DNA of 64,000 nt from Candidatus Methylomirabilis limnetica (GTDB lineage Bacteria; Methylomirabilota; Methylomirabilia; Methylomirabilales; Methylomirabilaceae): assembly GCF_003044035.1 (NCBI RefSeq), contig NZ_NVQC01000023.1, positions 77,301-141,300 on the forward strand, written 5' to 3'. The position numbers and the translations under genes are program-made. Positions 47,230 to 57,570 of this stretch are shown piece after piece (positions within the stretch are counted from its first letter, which is position 1; each line of letters starts with the position of its first letter). The notes under the pieces are model-generated. The model saw only the letters and a program-made list of their open reading frames with translations. It made no database searches and had not been told where the DNA came from.

Positions 47230-47820
47230 TCATGACCCAGGGGCAGGGGCAAAGGCGGCCTCGAGCTGCGCCAGGACAGCGGCCTCGGCATTCGAAACCT
47301 TTGAACCTATGCCGAACACGCCGCCGCTCGCGCTGGCCACCGTACGCGCTCGTTCCAACAAGCCTGCCTTAAGGCGAGCGGCTCCATCAGGCCCGAGATG
47401 CTCGCACATCCCCTGGACCAGGTACGTCCATGCAGTGAGGAGCTTGGGGTCCGGTCGGCGATCGAGCCAAGCTTCTAGCAAGGCATACTCGGTGGATCCG
47501 CGGGCGACTCCCGAGTCGCCCGCACGGTCGAGGATCGCGCGGCGCTCCTTGGCATCGAGCGTGCCATCGGCCCATGCCACCTCGACGAGCGGGACGATTA
47601 ATAGCGCAGTGACCGTCTCTGCCCGGATCCCCAACGCCATCAACCTGTCGAGAACCGCAGGCTTGGTGATGCCCGTGGCCTTGGCGAGGGCCTCCCGGGT
47701 CGTCTCGGCGACCTTCAGCTCGTTCAGCCGCTCGATCAGCCGCTGGTCCTCGCGGTGGAAGAATTCGTCCTCGAGATCCCGCCCGCGATCCCGCAGGCTC
47801 TCCGGCTCCTGTAGCGTCAT
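47230..47820 (-). CDS. TerB-like (tellurite-resistance / DjlA N-domain-like) protein
   Basis: AWADGTLDAKERRAIL is typical of the TerB-like helical fold. 196 aa. Confidence 0.45.
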   Translation of the reverse strand: MTLQEPESLRDRGRDLEDEFFHREDQRLIERLNELKVAETTREALAKATGITKPAVLDRLMALGIRAETVTALLIVPLVEVAWADGTLDAKERRAILDRAGDSGVARGSTEYALLEAWLDRRPDPKLLTAWTYLVQGMCEHLGPDGAARLKAGLLERARTVASASGGVFGIGSKVSNAEAAVLAQLEAAFAPAPGS

Positions 47821-47850
47821 CGGTCTTCCCTCCCTGTTTCTCGCGAGTCC

Positions 47851-49299
47851 CTACTTCACCTCATCGACTACGATCATGTTGTGTCCGGTGGCGGTCCAAT
47901 GGGTGCTCGCAACGAGTACGACCCGGTCTCCAGGACGAAGCAAGTCTCGTTCGCGAGCCCAGTCAGTCACGCGCCTCAGCAGTTCGCCGCTGTCGTGGGC
48001 TTCTGAAAAGTGGAGCGGGGTTACGCCCCAGTATAGGCTCATGCGACGAACAGTGGCTTCGTGATGACTGATGCCCAGAACCGGGGTGCGGCTGCGTTGC
48101 TTCGACAGCAACAGGGCGGTGTTGCCGTCCCGGGTGGCCACGAGCACAAGCGTGGCCCGGATCTCCTCCGCAAGACGGCTCGTCGCCTCGACGATGCCGT
48201 CGATGATCGACGACGCAGCCTTGGGCGAGCGAACTCCTGGCTCTGGGCCGACCAATGGCTCGATCATCGGCTCCGTTTCGCGCGCGATGGACCCCATCAT
48301 CGCCACGGCCTCCACCGGATAGTGGCCGATCGCGGTCTCAGCAGAGAGCATGAGGGCGTCGGAGCCGTCGAGGATAGCGTTCGCCACGTCAGTGGCCTCC
48401 GCACGAGTGGGCAGCCGACTCGACCGCATGCTCTCGAGCATGTGTGTTGCGGTGATGACAGGGACTCGCGCTTGCCGGCATCGCCGGATGATCTGCTTCT
48501 GCACTCCGGCGATCCGCGCGATGTCGATCTCAACGCCGAGGTCCCCGCGCGCCACCATGATGGCGTCGGCCTCGTGGATGATCTCGTCCAGGGCCTCGAC
48601 CGCCTCGGCCCTCTCTATCTTTGCTACGATCCGGGCGCCGGAGTCGAGGCGCCGGAGCTCGTCACGCAGCTCGCGCACGTCCTCCGGGCGGCGGACGAAG
48701 CTGAGACCGAAGAAGTCGACGGAATGCCCGGCCGCCCAGCGCACGTCGCCATAGTCCTTCTCGGTGAGCGCTCCACCCGGCAACTGGACGCCCGGCACAT
48801 TGATGCCGGCGCCCGAGCGAATCTCGCCGGGCTGGACGACACGGCAGACGACGGCGCCTTCCTGCTTCTCTTCGACCCGCATCGAGACCAGGCCGTCGAC
48901 CAACAATACCACGTCCCCGACCTCCAACTGTTGAACCAGCGCGCGGTGGCTCGACGTCAGATCATTTGGCCCGCGCGCCGCCGCTGGGTAGACGACGATG
49001 CGGAACCGGTGGCCAATCTCACAATTCACGCTCCCGCCGGCGATCGGCCCCAGCCGAATTTTCGGCCCGCCCAAGTCAGCCAGAATGGCCAGCGGACGAT
49101 CGAGATCCTCGCTGACCCGACGAATCCGTCCGATGACGGCTTCATGCCAGTCACGCCGGCCGTGGGCCATATTGAGCCGGAACAGGGCGACGCCGGCCTC
49201 GACGAGTTGAGTCAATCGCTCGACCGTTTCACTCGCCGGACCGATGGTCGCGACAATCTTGGTCTTTGTGCTGATAAGGGGCTTGGCGGTCAGGCTCAC
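47851..49299 (-). CDS. pyk: pyruvate kinase
   Basis: TKIVATIGPAS...LFRLNMAHG N-terminal signature and MVARGDLGVEI motif. Confidence 0.9.
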   Translation of the reverse strand: MSLTAKPLISTKTKIVATIGPASETVERLTQLVEAGVALFRLNMAHGRRDWHEAVIGRIRRVSEDLDRPLAILADLGGPKIRLGPIAGGSVNCEIGHRFRIVVYPAAARGPNDLTSSHRALVQQLEVGDVVLLVDGLVSMRVEEKQEGAVVCRVVQPGEIRSGAGINVPGVQLPGGALTEKDYGDVRWAAGHSVDFFGLSFVRRPEDVRELRDELRRLDSGARIVAKIERAEAVEALDEIIHEADAIMVARGDLGVEIDIARIAGVQKQIIRRCRQARVPVITATHMLESMRSSRLPTRAEATDVANAILDGSDALMLSAETAIGHYPVEAVAMMGSIARETEPMIEPLVGPEPGVRSPKAASSIIDGIVEATSRLAEEIRATLVLVATRDGNTALLLSKQRSRTPVLGISHHEATVRRMSLYWGVTPLHFSEAHDSGELLRRVTDWARERDLLRPGDRVVLVASTHWTATGHNMIVVDEVK

Positions 49300-49608
49300 G
49301 CGAGTGTCCGCTGAGTGGGATTCGCTACCGCCCGCATTATACCACGGAGCACGATGCCTCGGTGAGAAGGGCCACGGAATCCGCCCGTGCTCTCTTCGTT
49401 TGCCATGGTTCCACCTCTAGCTTTCCCCCTCGTGAAGGGTCTGTGTCGCGCCAGTTCGCGCGAGCTGCCGGCCCCTCCAGACCTCGAAGATGACGGGGCA
49501 CACGACCAGATCGAGGATGAACGACGTGACAACGCCACCGATCATGGGGGCGGCGCTCCGCTTCATGACGTCCGCGCCGGCGCCGTGGCTCCACATGATC
49601 GGAATAGT

Positions 49609-52236
49609 TCAACACACCAAGGCCGGCGCGTTCCGCCGGTCGGCCCTCCGCTTCAACCATTTCTCCCCCTCAACGGCAAAAAAGATGACAGAAGATACCC
49701 CAAGGGCCAGAGCCAGCTCCACAGGGCTCAGGGGTTCGGTCTTGAAGATGCCGTTTAGGATCGGGAGGTAGATGGTGGCCATCTGCAGAAGAAACGTCAG
49801 GACGACCGCCCCCAGAAGCGGTATGTTGGTCAGAAGCCCCTGGGTCAACAGCGATTCCCGCTCCGAGCGGATGGCGAGCACATGGCCCAACTGGGATAGA
49901 CAGAGGACGGTGAAGACCACGGTCTGCCAGTGGGCGGACCCGATGGAGGTGAACCACCCCTCCGCGCTTAGTGTCAGGGCTGCCATCAAGAGTCCCACCC
50001 AGATGACGTGGATGCCCAGGCCATGGGAGAAGACCCCCTCCTGCGGCGGTCGTGGGGGCCGCCCCATGACATCCCTCTCCTCCGGCTCCGCCGCCAGCGC
50101 AAGGCCGGGCAGACCATCTGTTACGAGATTGATCCAGAGGATTTGAATCGGAAGGAGCGGAATCGGTAATCCGAAGAAGGGTGCAAGGAAAATGGTCCAA
50201 ACCTCGCCTGAGTTAGTGGTCAACCCGTACTTGATGAACCGCCGCATGTTGTCGTAGATCTTCCGCCCCTCTCGCACCGCCCGGACGATGGTGGCGAAAT
50301 TATCGTCCAGCAGGATCATGGAGCTGGCCTCTTTCGCCACATCGGTGCCGGTTATTCCCATGGCCACCCCGATGTCAGCCTGCTTTAGCGCCGGGGCGTC
50401 ATTGACCCCGTCACCGGTCATGGCCACGAACTCCCCCCGGGCCTGAAGCGCCTTGACAATCTTCAGCTTTTGCTCCGGCGCGACCCGCGCATATACCCGC
50501 ACCTTCTCGACCCGCGCCTCAAGCTCATGTTGGGAAAGGGTGGCCAGCGCGGGCCCGGTCATGACGGCATCGCCGTCGTCGTCCAGGATCCCGAGCCGCC
50601 GGGCGATGGCCCGGGCCGTCAGAGCATGATCGCCAGTGATCATCACGGGGATGATGCCGGCCGCGCGGCACGTAGCGACCGCCTCGCGCGCCTCCTCGCG
50701 GGGCGGATCCATGATCCCCACGAAACCAAGCAGCGTCAGCTCCCGCTCCACCGTTTCCGGAGTTACCGTCGCCGGCAGGGCCGCCCACCGGCGCAGACCC
50801 ACGGCGAGCACCCGGAGCCCGTCCGCTGCCATCCGCTCGCTGATTGTCTCGAGGTGGTCCCGCCGGATCTCGACCGTTCCCGACGAGGTCAACATCTGTG
50901 AGGATCTTTCGATGATGACCTCGACCGCCCCCTTGGTAAAGGAGACGAAGCCGCCTGCCGGGTCCCGGTGCAGGGTCGTCATGCACTTGCGCTCCGAATC
51001 GAAGGGGATCTCCGCCACCCGGGGATAGTCCTTCTCGACCTCCCGCTTCTCCATCCCAGCCAGCCTGGCGGCCATGAAGAGCGCCGCCTCCGTCGGATCC
51101 CCAACGATCACTTCCGCGGTATTGACGCTGGCGTCGTTACTGAGCGCCATTGCACGAAGGAACTCGTCCCAAGGGTCGCCGGATCCGGGAGCGGAGACGA
51201 TGGTCCCATCGCAATAGAACTCCTCTACTTGCATCCGGTTCATGGTCAGCGTGCCGGTCTTGTCGGAACAGATGTAGGTCACAGACCCCAGGGTCTCCAC
51301 GGCAGGGAGCTTCCGCACCAGTGCCTTCTTCTGCACCATCTTCCTCGCGCCGATGGCCAGAGAGATGGTGACGACTGCGGGAAGGGCTTCCGGGATGGCG
51401 GCCACAGCCAGGCTGCCGGCCGTCAGGAACATGAGGAGGGGAGCCTCGCCGCGCAGAATCCCCGCCATGAAGATGATGGCGCAGATAGCCAGGGCAGCGA
51501 TCGCCAGGTGCCGACCGAAGCCGGCCAACCGCTTCTGCAGCGGAGTCTTGCCTTCGCCTGTTTTCTGAAGCAGAGTGGCGATCTTCCCGAATTCGGTCTG
51601 CATGCCGGTCGCCACCACCACCCCGCTTCCCCGCCCGTACGTCGCAACCGTCCCCTTGTAGGCCATGTTTTTCCGATCGCCGACCGAAAGCAACTCTTCA
51701 TGGAGCGGTGCTGTCACCTTTTCGACAGGAACGGACTCCCCGGTGAGGGCGGCCTCGTCAATCCTGAGCTGCGCCATATCGAAGAGTCTCAGGTCCGCGG
51801 GCACGATCGCGCCGGCTTCGAGGATGACGACATCCCCCGGAACAACATCCGACGCCGGGATCACCGCTCTCCCTCCGTTCCGGAGAACTACGGCGGCAGG
51901 AGCGGCCATGGCCCTCAGTGCCTCCATGGCCCGTTCGGCCCGGTACTCCTGGACGAAGCCGATCACCGCATTCAGAATGACGATCGCCACTATGGCGATC
52001 GTATCCTTTGCCTCACCGATCACGCCCGAGACAACAGCGGCGGCCAGCAGGACAAGGATCATAAAGTCGGTGAACTGGTCGAAGAACATCCCCAGAGGCG
52101 TCCGCCGTTTCCCTTCCGCGAGCACGTTAGGACCGTGCTCGCAGAGTCGGCGCTCCGCCTCTGTCGTCGTGAGACCTTCGACGGATGTCCTCAGTGCGTC
52201 GACAACCGCCTGGGTGGATTGCTGATGCCAAGTCAT
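49609..52236 (-). CDS. P-type cation-transporting ATPase (P2-type, Ca2+/cation)
   Basis: ICSDKTGTLT phosphorylation site, MITGDH, TGDGVNDAPAL. 875 aa, 10 TM. Confidence 0.9.
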   Translation of the reverse strand: MTWHQQSTQAVVDALRTSVEGLTTTEAERRLCEHGPNVLAEGKRRTPLGMFFDQFTDFMILVLLAAAVVSGVIGEAKDTIAIVAIVILNAVIGFVQEYRAERAMEALRAMAAPAAVVLRNGGRAVIPASDVVPGDVVILEAGAIVPADLRLFDMAQLRIDEAALTGESVPVEKVTAPLHEELLSVGDRKNMAYKGTVATYGRGSGVVVATGMQTEFGKIATLLQKTGEGKTPLQKRLAGFGRHLAIAALAICAIIFMAGILRGEAPLLMFLTAGSLAVAAIPEALPAVVTISLAIGARKMVQKKALVRKLPAVETLGSVTYICSDKTGTLTMNRMQVEEFYCDGTIVSAPGSGDPWDEFLRAMALSNDASVNTAEVIVGDPTEAALFMAARLAGMEKREVEKDYPRVAEIPFDSERKCMTTLHRDPAGGFVSFTKGAVEVIIERSSQMLTSSGTVEIRRDHLETISERMAADGLRVLAVGLRRWAALPATVTPETVERELTLLGFVGIMDPPREEAREAVATCRAAGIIPVMITGDHALTARAIARRLGILDDDGDAVMTGPALATLSQHELEARVEKVRVYARVAPEQKLKIVKALQARGEFVAMTGDGVNDAPALKQADIGVAMGITGTDVAKEASSMILLDDNFATIVRAVREGRKIYDNMRRFIKYGLTTNSGEVWTIFLAPFFGLPIPLLPIQILWINLVTDGLPGLALAAEPEERDVMGRPPRPPQEGVFSHGLGIHVIWVGLLMAALTLSAEGWFTSIGSAHWQTVVFTVLCLSQLGHVLAIRSERESLLTQGLLTNIPLLGAVVLTFLLQMATIYLPILNGIFKTEPLSPVELALALGVSSVIFFAVEGEKWLKRRADRRNAPALVC

Positions 52237-52405
52237 TACGTCTCCGCTGTGACAGGGGTCGGAATCATCAGCCTCGAGGGTGTGTGGATCTGTGCTCCTG
52301 TGCCCGAGGCCGGCTGATCTTCTTCCCTTGCAACTCTTACCGAGTGTTCGCGCCGCACAGCGGGAGCGCAGCGGACGCTGTAAGCCGTCGTCTGGACAGC
52401 CTCGG

Positions 52406-53755
52406 TCAGGTGGTGCATTTTGCCGAGGAGACGGGCCTTGGAAGCAGCCAAAACAAGAGCAGGGTCCCTATCACCGCGGACAATGCCGACCCAGACAGAA
52501 TCCCCACCTTGGCGGCGTTGAGCAATACGCCCTCCAACGCCAAGCCTGCGATGAATAGCGCCATGGTGAAGCCGATACCTGCCAGTATGCCGCCCGCTGT
52601 AAGTATGCTCCAGTTCACACCCTCAGGCAGCTTGGCAATGCCCAAGCGCACCGCCAGCCAACTAAAACTTACAATGCCTACAGGCTTGCCGACTCCTAGG
52701 CCTACCATGACCGCCACCGCAACGGGTTCACGAAAGTCCGTGAGGTTGATCGATACCCCAGCATTTGCCAACGCAAAGAGGGGCATGATCACAAAGCTCA
52801 CCCACGGGTGCAGTGCGGTCTCAAGCCGTTCAAGGGGGGACAAAATCTCTCGTGCCGCCACCTGGATATCACGCAACGCCGCGTGGTTCTTCCCCTCATT
52901 ACTCCAGCGTTCCCCTTCAACATACGCAGTAAACTGCTGGACGATCGCGTGCAGGCGGCCCGCACTGACCCACACATGGGCCGGCGTGAGCAGACCCAAG
53001 ATCACGCCGGCAATCGTGGCATGGACCCCGGATGCATGGAACGCCAACCAGATCACCGTCCCAACGATGCAATAGATCGGGACACTGCGCACCCCAAGGC
53101 GGGCCAGTCCTCTCACGACACCAAGACCCAGCAAGCCCAAGAAAAGCGCAGCGAGGTTGATGTGGCTTGTATAGCCGATAGCGATGACGAGGATGGCGCC
53201 GACGTCGTCAGCGATCGCCAGCGAAAGGAGGACAATACGCAAGCCCTGCGGGACCCGTGTCCCCAAGACCGCCAGACAACCAACGACAAAAGCGATGTCG
53301 GTCGCCATGGGAATACCCCAGCCGCGCTCGCCGGGCTGTCCGAGTTGGCCCGCGAGATAGAGAGTAGCCGGTACGACCATGCCGCCCGCCGCTGCAATGA
53401 TGGGGAGCGCGGCCGTTCGCATGTCCCTGAGTTCCCCGAGTACTAATTCGCGTTTGACTTCTAAGCCAACCACGAAAAAGAAAATCGCCATGAGACCGTC
53501 GTTGATCCAATGCCTTAAAGAGTGGTTCATCTCAAACGTACCAAACGTGAGACCGAATGGAGTCTTCCACAGGCCCAGAAATGCATTTGCCAAAGGTGAG
53601 TTGGCGAGAGCGAGCGCAAGACATGTAGCAAAAAGCAGGAGAAACCCACTGGCTGCCTCGATACGCAAAAAGCGCGCGAGCGGCTCGATGATGCGATCGA
53701 CCGGTTTCGCGGGCAGGCGAGCCAGGTCGTTGGAGTGTTGAGGTTGTTGCAACAT
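52406..53755 (-). CDS. nhaA: Na+/H+ antiporter NhaA
   Basis: NhaA fold (LAIADDVGAIL, VGLLAGIGFTM). Start set to the MLQQP ATG at 53755. The ORF extends 39 codons further upstream without a clear RBS. Confidence 0.75.
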   Translation of the reverse strand: MLQQPQHSNDLARLPAKPVDRIIEPLARFLRIEAASGFLLLFATCLALALANSPLANAFLGLWKTPFGLTFGTFEMNHSLRHWINDGLMAIFFFVVGLEVKRELVLGELRDMRTAALPIIAAAGGMVVPATLYLAGQLGQPGERGWGIPMATDIAFVVGCLAVLGTRVPQGLRIVLLSLAIADDVGAILVIAIGYTSHINLAALFLGLLGLGVVRGLARLGVRSVPIYCIVGTVIWLAFHASGVHATIAGVILGLLTPAHVWVSAGRLHAIVQQFTAYVEGERWSNEGKNHAALRDIQVAAREILSPLERLETALHPWVSFVIMPLFALANAGVSINLTDFREPVAVAVMVGLGVGKPVGIVSFSWLAVRLGIAKLPEGVNWSILTAGGILAGIGFTMALFIAGLALEGVLLNAAKVGILSGSALSAVIGTLLLFWLLPRPVSSAKCTT

Positions 53756-54013
53756 ACTGCGGCACCCAATTCTGACAAGGTCTCTGCCGGTAGAGTCGAA
53801 GAAGGGTGCGGTGGTCTTAGGAACGGGGAATCGCTGTTGTCGGAAGCCTTCGCTGCTGTACCGGCGCCTCAATCCGTCCCATCACTCCGTCTCCCGACTC
53901 TGCTCATCGAACCGGACGTGCGGATTTACCGCATCCGGCTCTCCGACTGGTATTACACACCAGGACCCACGCAGGCGGCGTCACCCGTGGCGCTCCTAGC
54001 GTGGGGATACGCA

Positions 54014-54436
54014 CTACTCCTGCTGAATCGAACCCAGGTAGTCGGTGAGGGCTCGTGAGTGCAGAAGCGAGGTGTAGGCAGGGTAGCCTTCACGTCGATG
54101 CTCATCCTCGAACACCGCCCCCCAGACAGGCATCTCCCTGGTCCCATGCTCGGCCACTGCGCGCCGGCCGTCGATGATTTGCATCACATAGCTCTCATCA
54201 AATCGCCCGTCGTAGCGCTTCGAGATCAGCCGAAGGTCGGATGGGTGTCGCCGCATGGATGCTGCCACCGAACCGTTTCCGTCTCCTGACTCGCCGTGAC
54301 ATGAGGCGCAATGCCGAAGATAGAGGGCCTGTCCGGTAACCGGCTCCGAAGCGCCACGGCACGAGACGAGCATCGGACTGACAGCGAACGCGAGGACAGC
54401 GGTTCCCTTAGCGATTCTAGTTAGCCTCGCGATCAT
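54014..54436 (-). CDS. class I monoheme cytochrome c
   Basis: Signal peptide, CASCHG heme site, distal Met in MPVWG. Confidence 0.65.
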   Translation of the reverse strand: MIARLTRIAKGTAVLAFAVSPMLVSCRGASEPVTGQALYLRHCASCHGESGDGNGSVAASMRRHPSDLRLISKRYDGRFDESYVMQIIDGRRAVAEHGTREMPVWGAVFEDEHRREGYPAYTSLLHSRALTDYLGSIQQE

Positions 54437-54594
54437 CCCAAGCCCTCCTTTGCGCCGTCCAACGTTGACCTAACGGGCGTACAAAAGCCGAGGGAAGCGT
54501 CGCTATTGCACGTCCGTGTTGAGCGAATTGTTAAGCTGCTTGCCGTTGAAGTAGGAAACTCGGAACTCGTCCACGATTCTCTCAAACGCGCTCC

Positions 54595-54879
54595 CTACTC
54601 GACGTCGCGGTAGGAATTCTCACTCCCCCAGACATTGGGAACTTTTGGGGCAAAAGGGTCGTTCCACCACTCCTTGCCGTCTACGAAGAATTTGTACTCA
54701 TATCGACCAGGCTCTAAGGATAGTGAGATGATCCAGACCGTCTGGAGGCCGTCGTAGACCATCGGGTGATCCGACACATTCCAGCCGTTGAAATCCCCTG
54801 CCAGGGTCACCGACTGGGCTCCAGGGCAGTGGAAGCTGAAGCTTACGACCTTTCCCATCGCGAATCCTCCCAGCCCCAC
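54595..54879 (-). CDS. stand-alone CBM48 / AMPK-beta-type glycogen-binding mini-protein (copy 1)
   Basis: 94 aa. VTLAGDFNGWN...PGRYEYKFFVDGKEWWNDP is the CBM48 glycogen-binding signature. Confidence 0.55.
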   Translation of the reverse strand: MGLGGFAMGKVVSFSFHCPGAQSVTLAGDFNGWNVSDHPMVYDGLQTVWIISLSLEPGRYEYKFFVDGKEWWNDPFAPKVPNVWGSENSYRDVE

Positions 54880-54962
54880 TTCTCGTATAAGCCGTCTGAA
54901 GTGTCTATCCGGATTCCATCGGTCATGATCCGGCCGACCAGGGCGGCGATGAAATATATCGC

Positions 54963-55922
54963 TTATTTAGCTACAGATCCTGATGACTGATCGCCTACCC
55001 CCTTGCTCTCCTTGCTCTCCCTGCTCCCTCTGCTCTCCCTGCTCTCCCTGCTCCCCTTGATCTCCCTACTCTCCTGCGGCCCACCTACGCCAATAAACGG
55101 CACAGCCCCAGCGCCTGTAACCTGGGGAAGTATGCCATTCCATTTGTCTATAGCCCGGAGATTGGCCTCTATCTTTCTCAGTTCTATCAGGTCCGGTGAA
55201 ATATTTGCTTTCTGCAGCCTCAGGGACTCTGCCTCTGCCCTGGCTGCTGTAATCGTCTGCTCTGCCTCTACCTTTATCCTGTCCAGGTCTCTCTTTGCCT
55301 TCAGTGCAAGCTGTTCTGCTGTCTGCTTTGCCTCAATAGCCTCAGTAAATACTCGTGAGAAGCTGAATGTGACAATAGAAAACGCATCCACTACTATGTT
55401 ATACGCTAGGAGTCTTTCTGAAAGGGCTGCTCTTATTGCCTCGCTTACCGCTGGCCTCTTTGTGATAAGCTCTTCCGCTGTGTATTTGGCCGACACCGCC
55501 TTCATTACCTCTTGTATTGCAGGGTCTATAATACGCACCTTGAACTGAACTCCAAGCGTTTGATAGACAACATTTGCCTTCTCAGGTAGGATATGATAGT
55601 TAAGCGCAACCGACAAAGTCACATCCTGAAGATCAGCCGATGCAGATGCGGCATCAGTCACTGCCTTCTGAACCTTGACATCCATTGGGATAACGCTTTG
55701 CATTATAGGCACCCTGAAATGCAGTCCTTCTCCAAGCACAATCTCTTGAACAGCGCCAAAATTAAGGACAACCCCTCTTTCACCTGCACCAATCTGAACC
55801 CATGGATGTAAAATCATAAAACCGACCAGAATTGCTGCAAACATCAGCGCTAGCATCACAGGGCCTTTCATCAGTACAGACTGCACTGCCTTCTTGGCCA
55901 TGAAGATCTCTCTCTCATCCAT
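54963..55922 (-). CDS. SPFH/band-7 (prohibitin/HflC-like) protein with a C-terminal SRE(S/G) low-complexity tail
   Basis: N-terminal TM then GERGVVLNFGAV...HFRVPIMQSV SPFH core. C-terminus ...KGSRESRESRGSRESKESKG. Confidence 0.8.
   Translation of the reverse strand: MDEREIFMAKKAVQSVLMKGPVMLALMFAAILVGFMILHPWVQIGAGERGVVLNFGAVQEIVLGEGLHFRVPIMQSVIPMDVKVQKAVTDAASASADLQDVTLSVALNYHILPEKANVVYQTLGVQFKVRIIDPAIQEVMKAVSAKYTAEELITKRPAVSEAIRAALSERLLAYNIVVDAFSIVTFSFSRVFTEAIEAKQTAEQLALKAKRDLDRIKVEAEQTITAARAEAESLRLQKANISPDLIELRKIEANLRAIDKWNGILPQVTGAGAVPFIGVGGPQESREIKGSRESRESRGSRESKESKGVGDQSSGSVAK
55000..55072. repeat. 9-nt tandem repeat (agggagagc/ctccctgct, about 7 units) encoding the SRES tail of the SPFH protein
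   Basis: cttgctctccttgctctccctgctccctctgctctccctgctctccctgctcc. Confidence 0.6.
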
Positions 55923-55976
55923 TCTATATACCCCTTCCGGCTCTATGAGCCTACGCGAAACAACTTGATCAACTTA

Positions 55977-56507
55977 ACCGCTTCGACTTCTTTAGCTTTC
56001 TGAGCTTGATCGTATAGTTCCATTCCCCGTGGAACTTATGGGGGTTCGATGTTGAGAGCGGCCAGTTCCTCATTCGAGACCTTGATCTTGAGGGAATACT
56101 CCCGTGTGTCCAGCTTGGCTTTGACCTTCAATCCTGTCTTGGGCATGGTCGCACCGATCTGTTGTACCACAACTTCATGGCTCATCAACGGACGCTCTCT
56201 CCAATTCATGCTGATGTAGGAAAATAACCGATATTCGATCTTGTTCCACCTTCTTGGTGTCGACCGAGATGATGGGGTCGCCCGCCTTCAAGAAATGATG
56301 AACGTGACGACTGAGATGCTGAAATTGCCGGTCGTGATCTGGATAGGCCGCGCCTTCCGCCAGCGTTTTCATGATGCTCTGGTCTCTCAGGGCGATCGGC
56401 TTGCGATCGCCGCCCGTCGCTCGGACCCCGCACCCTGCCGCTACCTGGCGGCTCATCTCCTCGCGCTCAGCGAAGGTGAGTCTCTTGTAAGTTGTCATCC
56501 AGCACAA
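55977..56507 (-). pseudogene. decayed ISAzo13-family (DDE_Tnp_ISAZ013) transposase remnant, internally deleted and frameshifted
   Basis: Minus strand encodes ...PIISVDTKK... and C-terminal ...LNIEPP*(frameshift) HKFHGEWNYTI. The C-run at about 56023-56027 causes the frameshift. The whole remnant is under 180 aa versus about 400 aa expected. Confidence 0.5.
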
Positions 56508-56855
56508 CTCCTTTCTCTTGAGCTATCCCAGGATACAGGTGTTGCGCTAGAAACTTGAACTCAGGTTAAAAAAAAGCCGCCTCCGCCTCTCGCGGATGGC
56601 GGCCCGACCACCCTCTGTCCTCCGAAAATAGCTAGACGCTATCTCCGGACCCCTCTGGAATAACCTGTCACAACGTTATGTCCTAAGAAGTCATTTTGAT
56701 GATCGGCGACAACCTCACAACACCCTACGAAGAGACCATTCGATGCGAACATGCGACCTCAGCAGGCGTCAGCTTCAGATGTGTCGACGCGTTACACTAA
56801 CGCTCACTATAGCCCTAAATCGAGTGCAGTCAAGGTCAATCAGGCTCTGTGCCCC

Positions 56856-57140
56856 CTACTCGATATCGAGGTATGAATTCTCACTCCCCCAGACATTGGG
56901 AACTTTTGGTGCGGAGGGGTCGTTCCACCACACCCGACCATCCACGAAGAACTTGTACTCGTATCGGCCAGGCTCTAACGGAAGCGCGACGGTCCATACC
57001 TCCTGGATGCCGTCATAGACCATCGGGTGGGCCGACACATTCCAGCCGTTGAAATCCCCCGCCAGGATGACCGACCCGGCTCCAGGACAGCGAAAGCTGA
57101 AGCTGGCAATCCTTCCCATAGCCAATCCCTCTGTCATCAA
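56856..57140 (-). CDS. stand-alone CBM48 glycogen-binding mini-protein (copy 2, paralogue of 54595-54879)
   Basis: 94 aa, about 80% identical to copy 1 (VILAGDFNGWN...PGRYEYKFFVDGRVWWNDP). Confidence 0.55.
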   Translation of the reverse strand: MMTEGLAMGRIASFSFRCPGAGSVILAGDFNGWNVSAHPMVYDGIQEVWTVALPLEPGRYEYKFFVDGRVWWNDPSAPKVPNVWGSENSYLDIE

Positions 57141-57570
57141 TGCTCATGTAGCGCGCCCAAGGTTTCTGCGCGGAGCTAATTCATGCTGAGCTCATCAGTG
57201 ATGAAATTACACAATGGATCGCAAATAGGCAAGTTCTTTATGCCTGGAACGTACCGCGCGATTCCCTGGAGAGCTCGCAGGTCTTAACGGCTACTCTGGT
57301 TAATCTGAAACGTCTGAACTGCACAGCATGGGAGGTGGGATGGCGAAGGCATACTGCAGCGGATGTGGGATCACACCGGTAGATCCTTCAGCGTCGCTAC
57401 CAGCGCCCGTGGTGACTGGTCGACTCCGGCCAGCACCGTAATCTGGGCGCACGACACGTACTGCTTGGGAATTCAACTGGACCTCGGTCCCTCTGGTGAG
57501 GGCTCCAGTCGGTTAATCCTTTCGGTTACAGAACTGCCTCCTCGACAGAAAGGTGTGGTAGAATACAACC

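Noticed and set aside
48061-49314. 417-aa plus-strand ORF
   Set aside because: Antisense to pyruvate kinase. Low-complexity Arg/Asp/Gly-rich sequence.
50968-52317. 449-aa plus-strand ORF
   Set aside because: Antisense to the P-type ATPase, which has unmistakable DKTGT/GDGVNDAPAL motifs on the minus strand.
52185-53075. 296-aa plus-strand ORF
   Set aside because: Overlaps the P-type ATPase end and NhaA on the opposite strand. No motif.
54993-55072. Short tandem repeat that could be mistaken for a CRISPR-like array
   Set aside because: Units are 9 nt with no spacers and lie inside a CDS. This is a coding microsatellite. No CRISPR array or cas genes were seen anywhere in the window.
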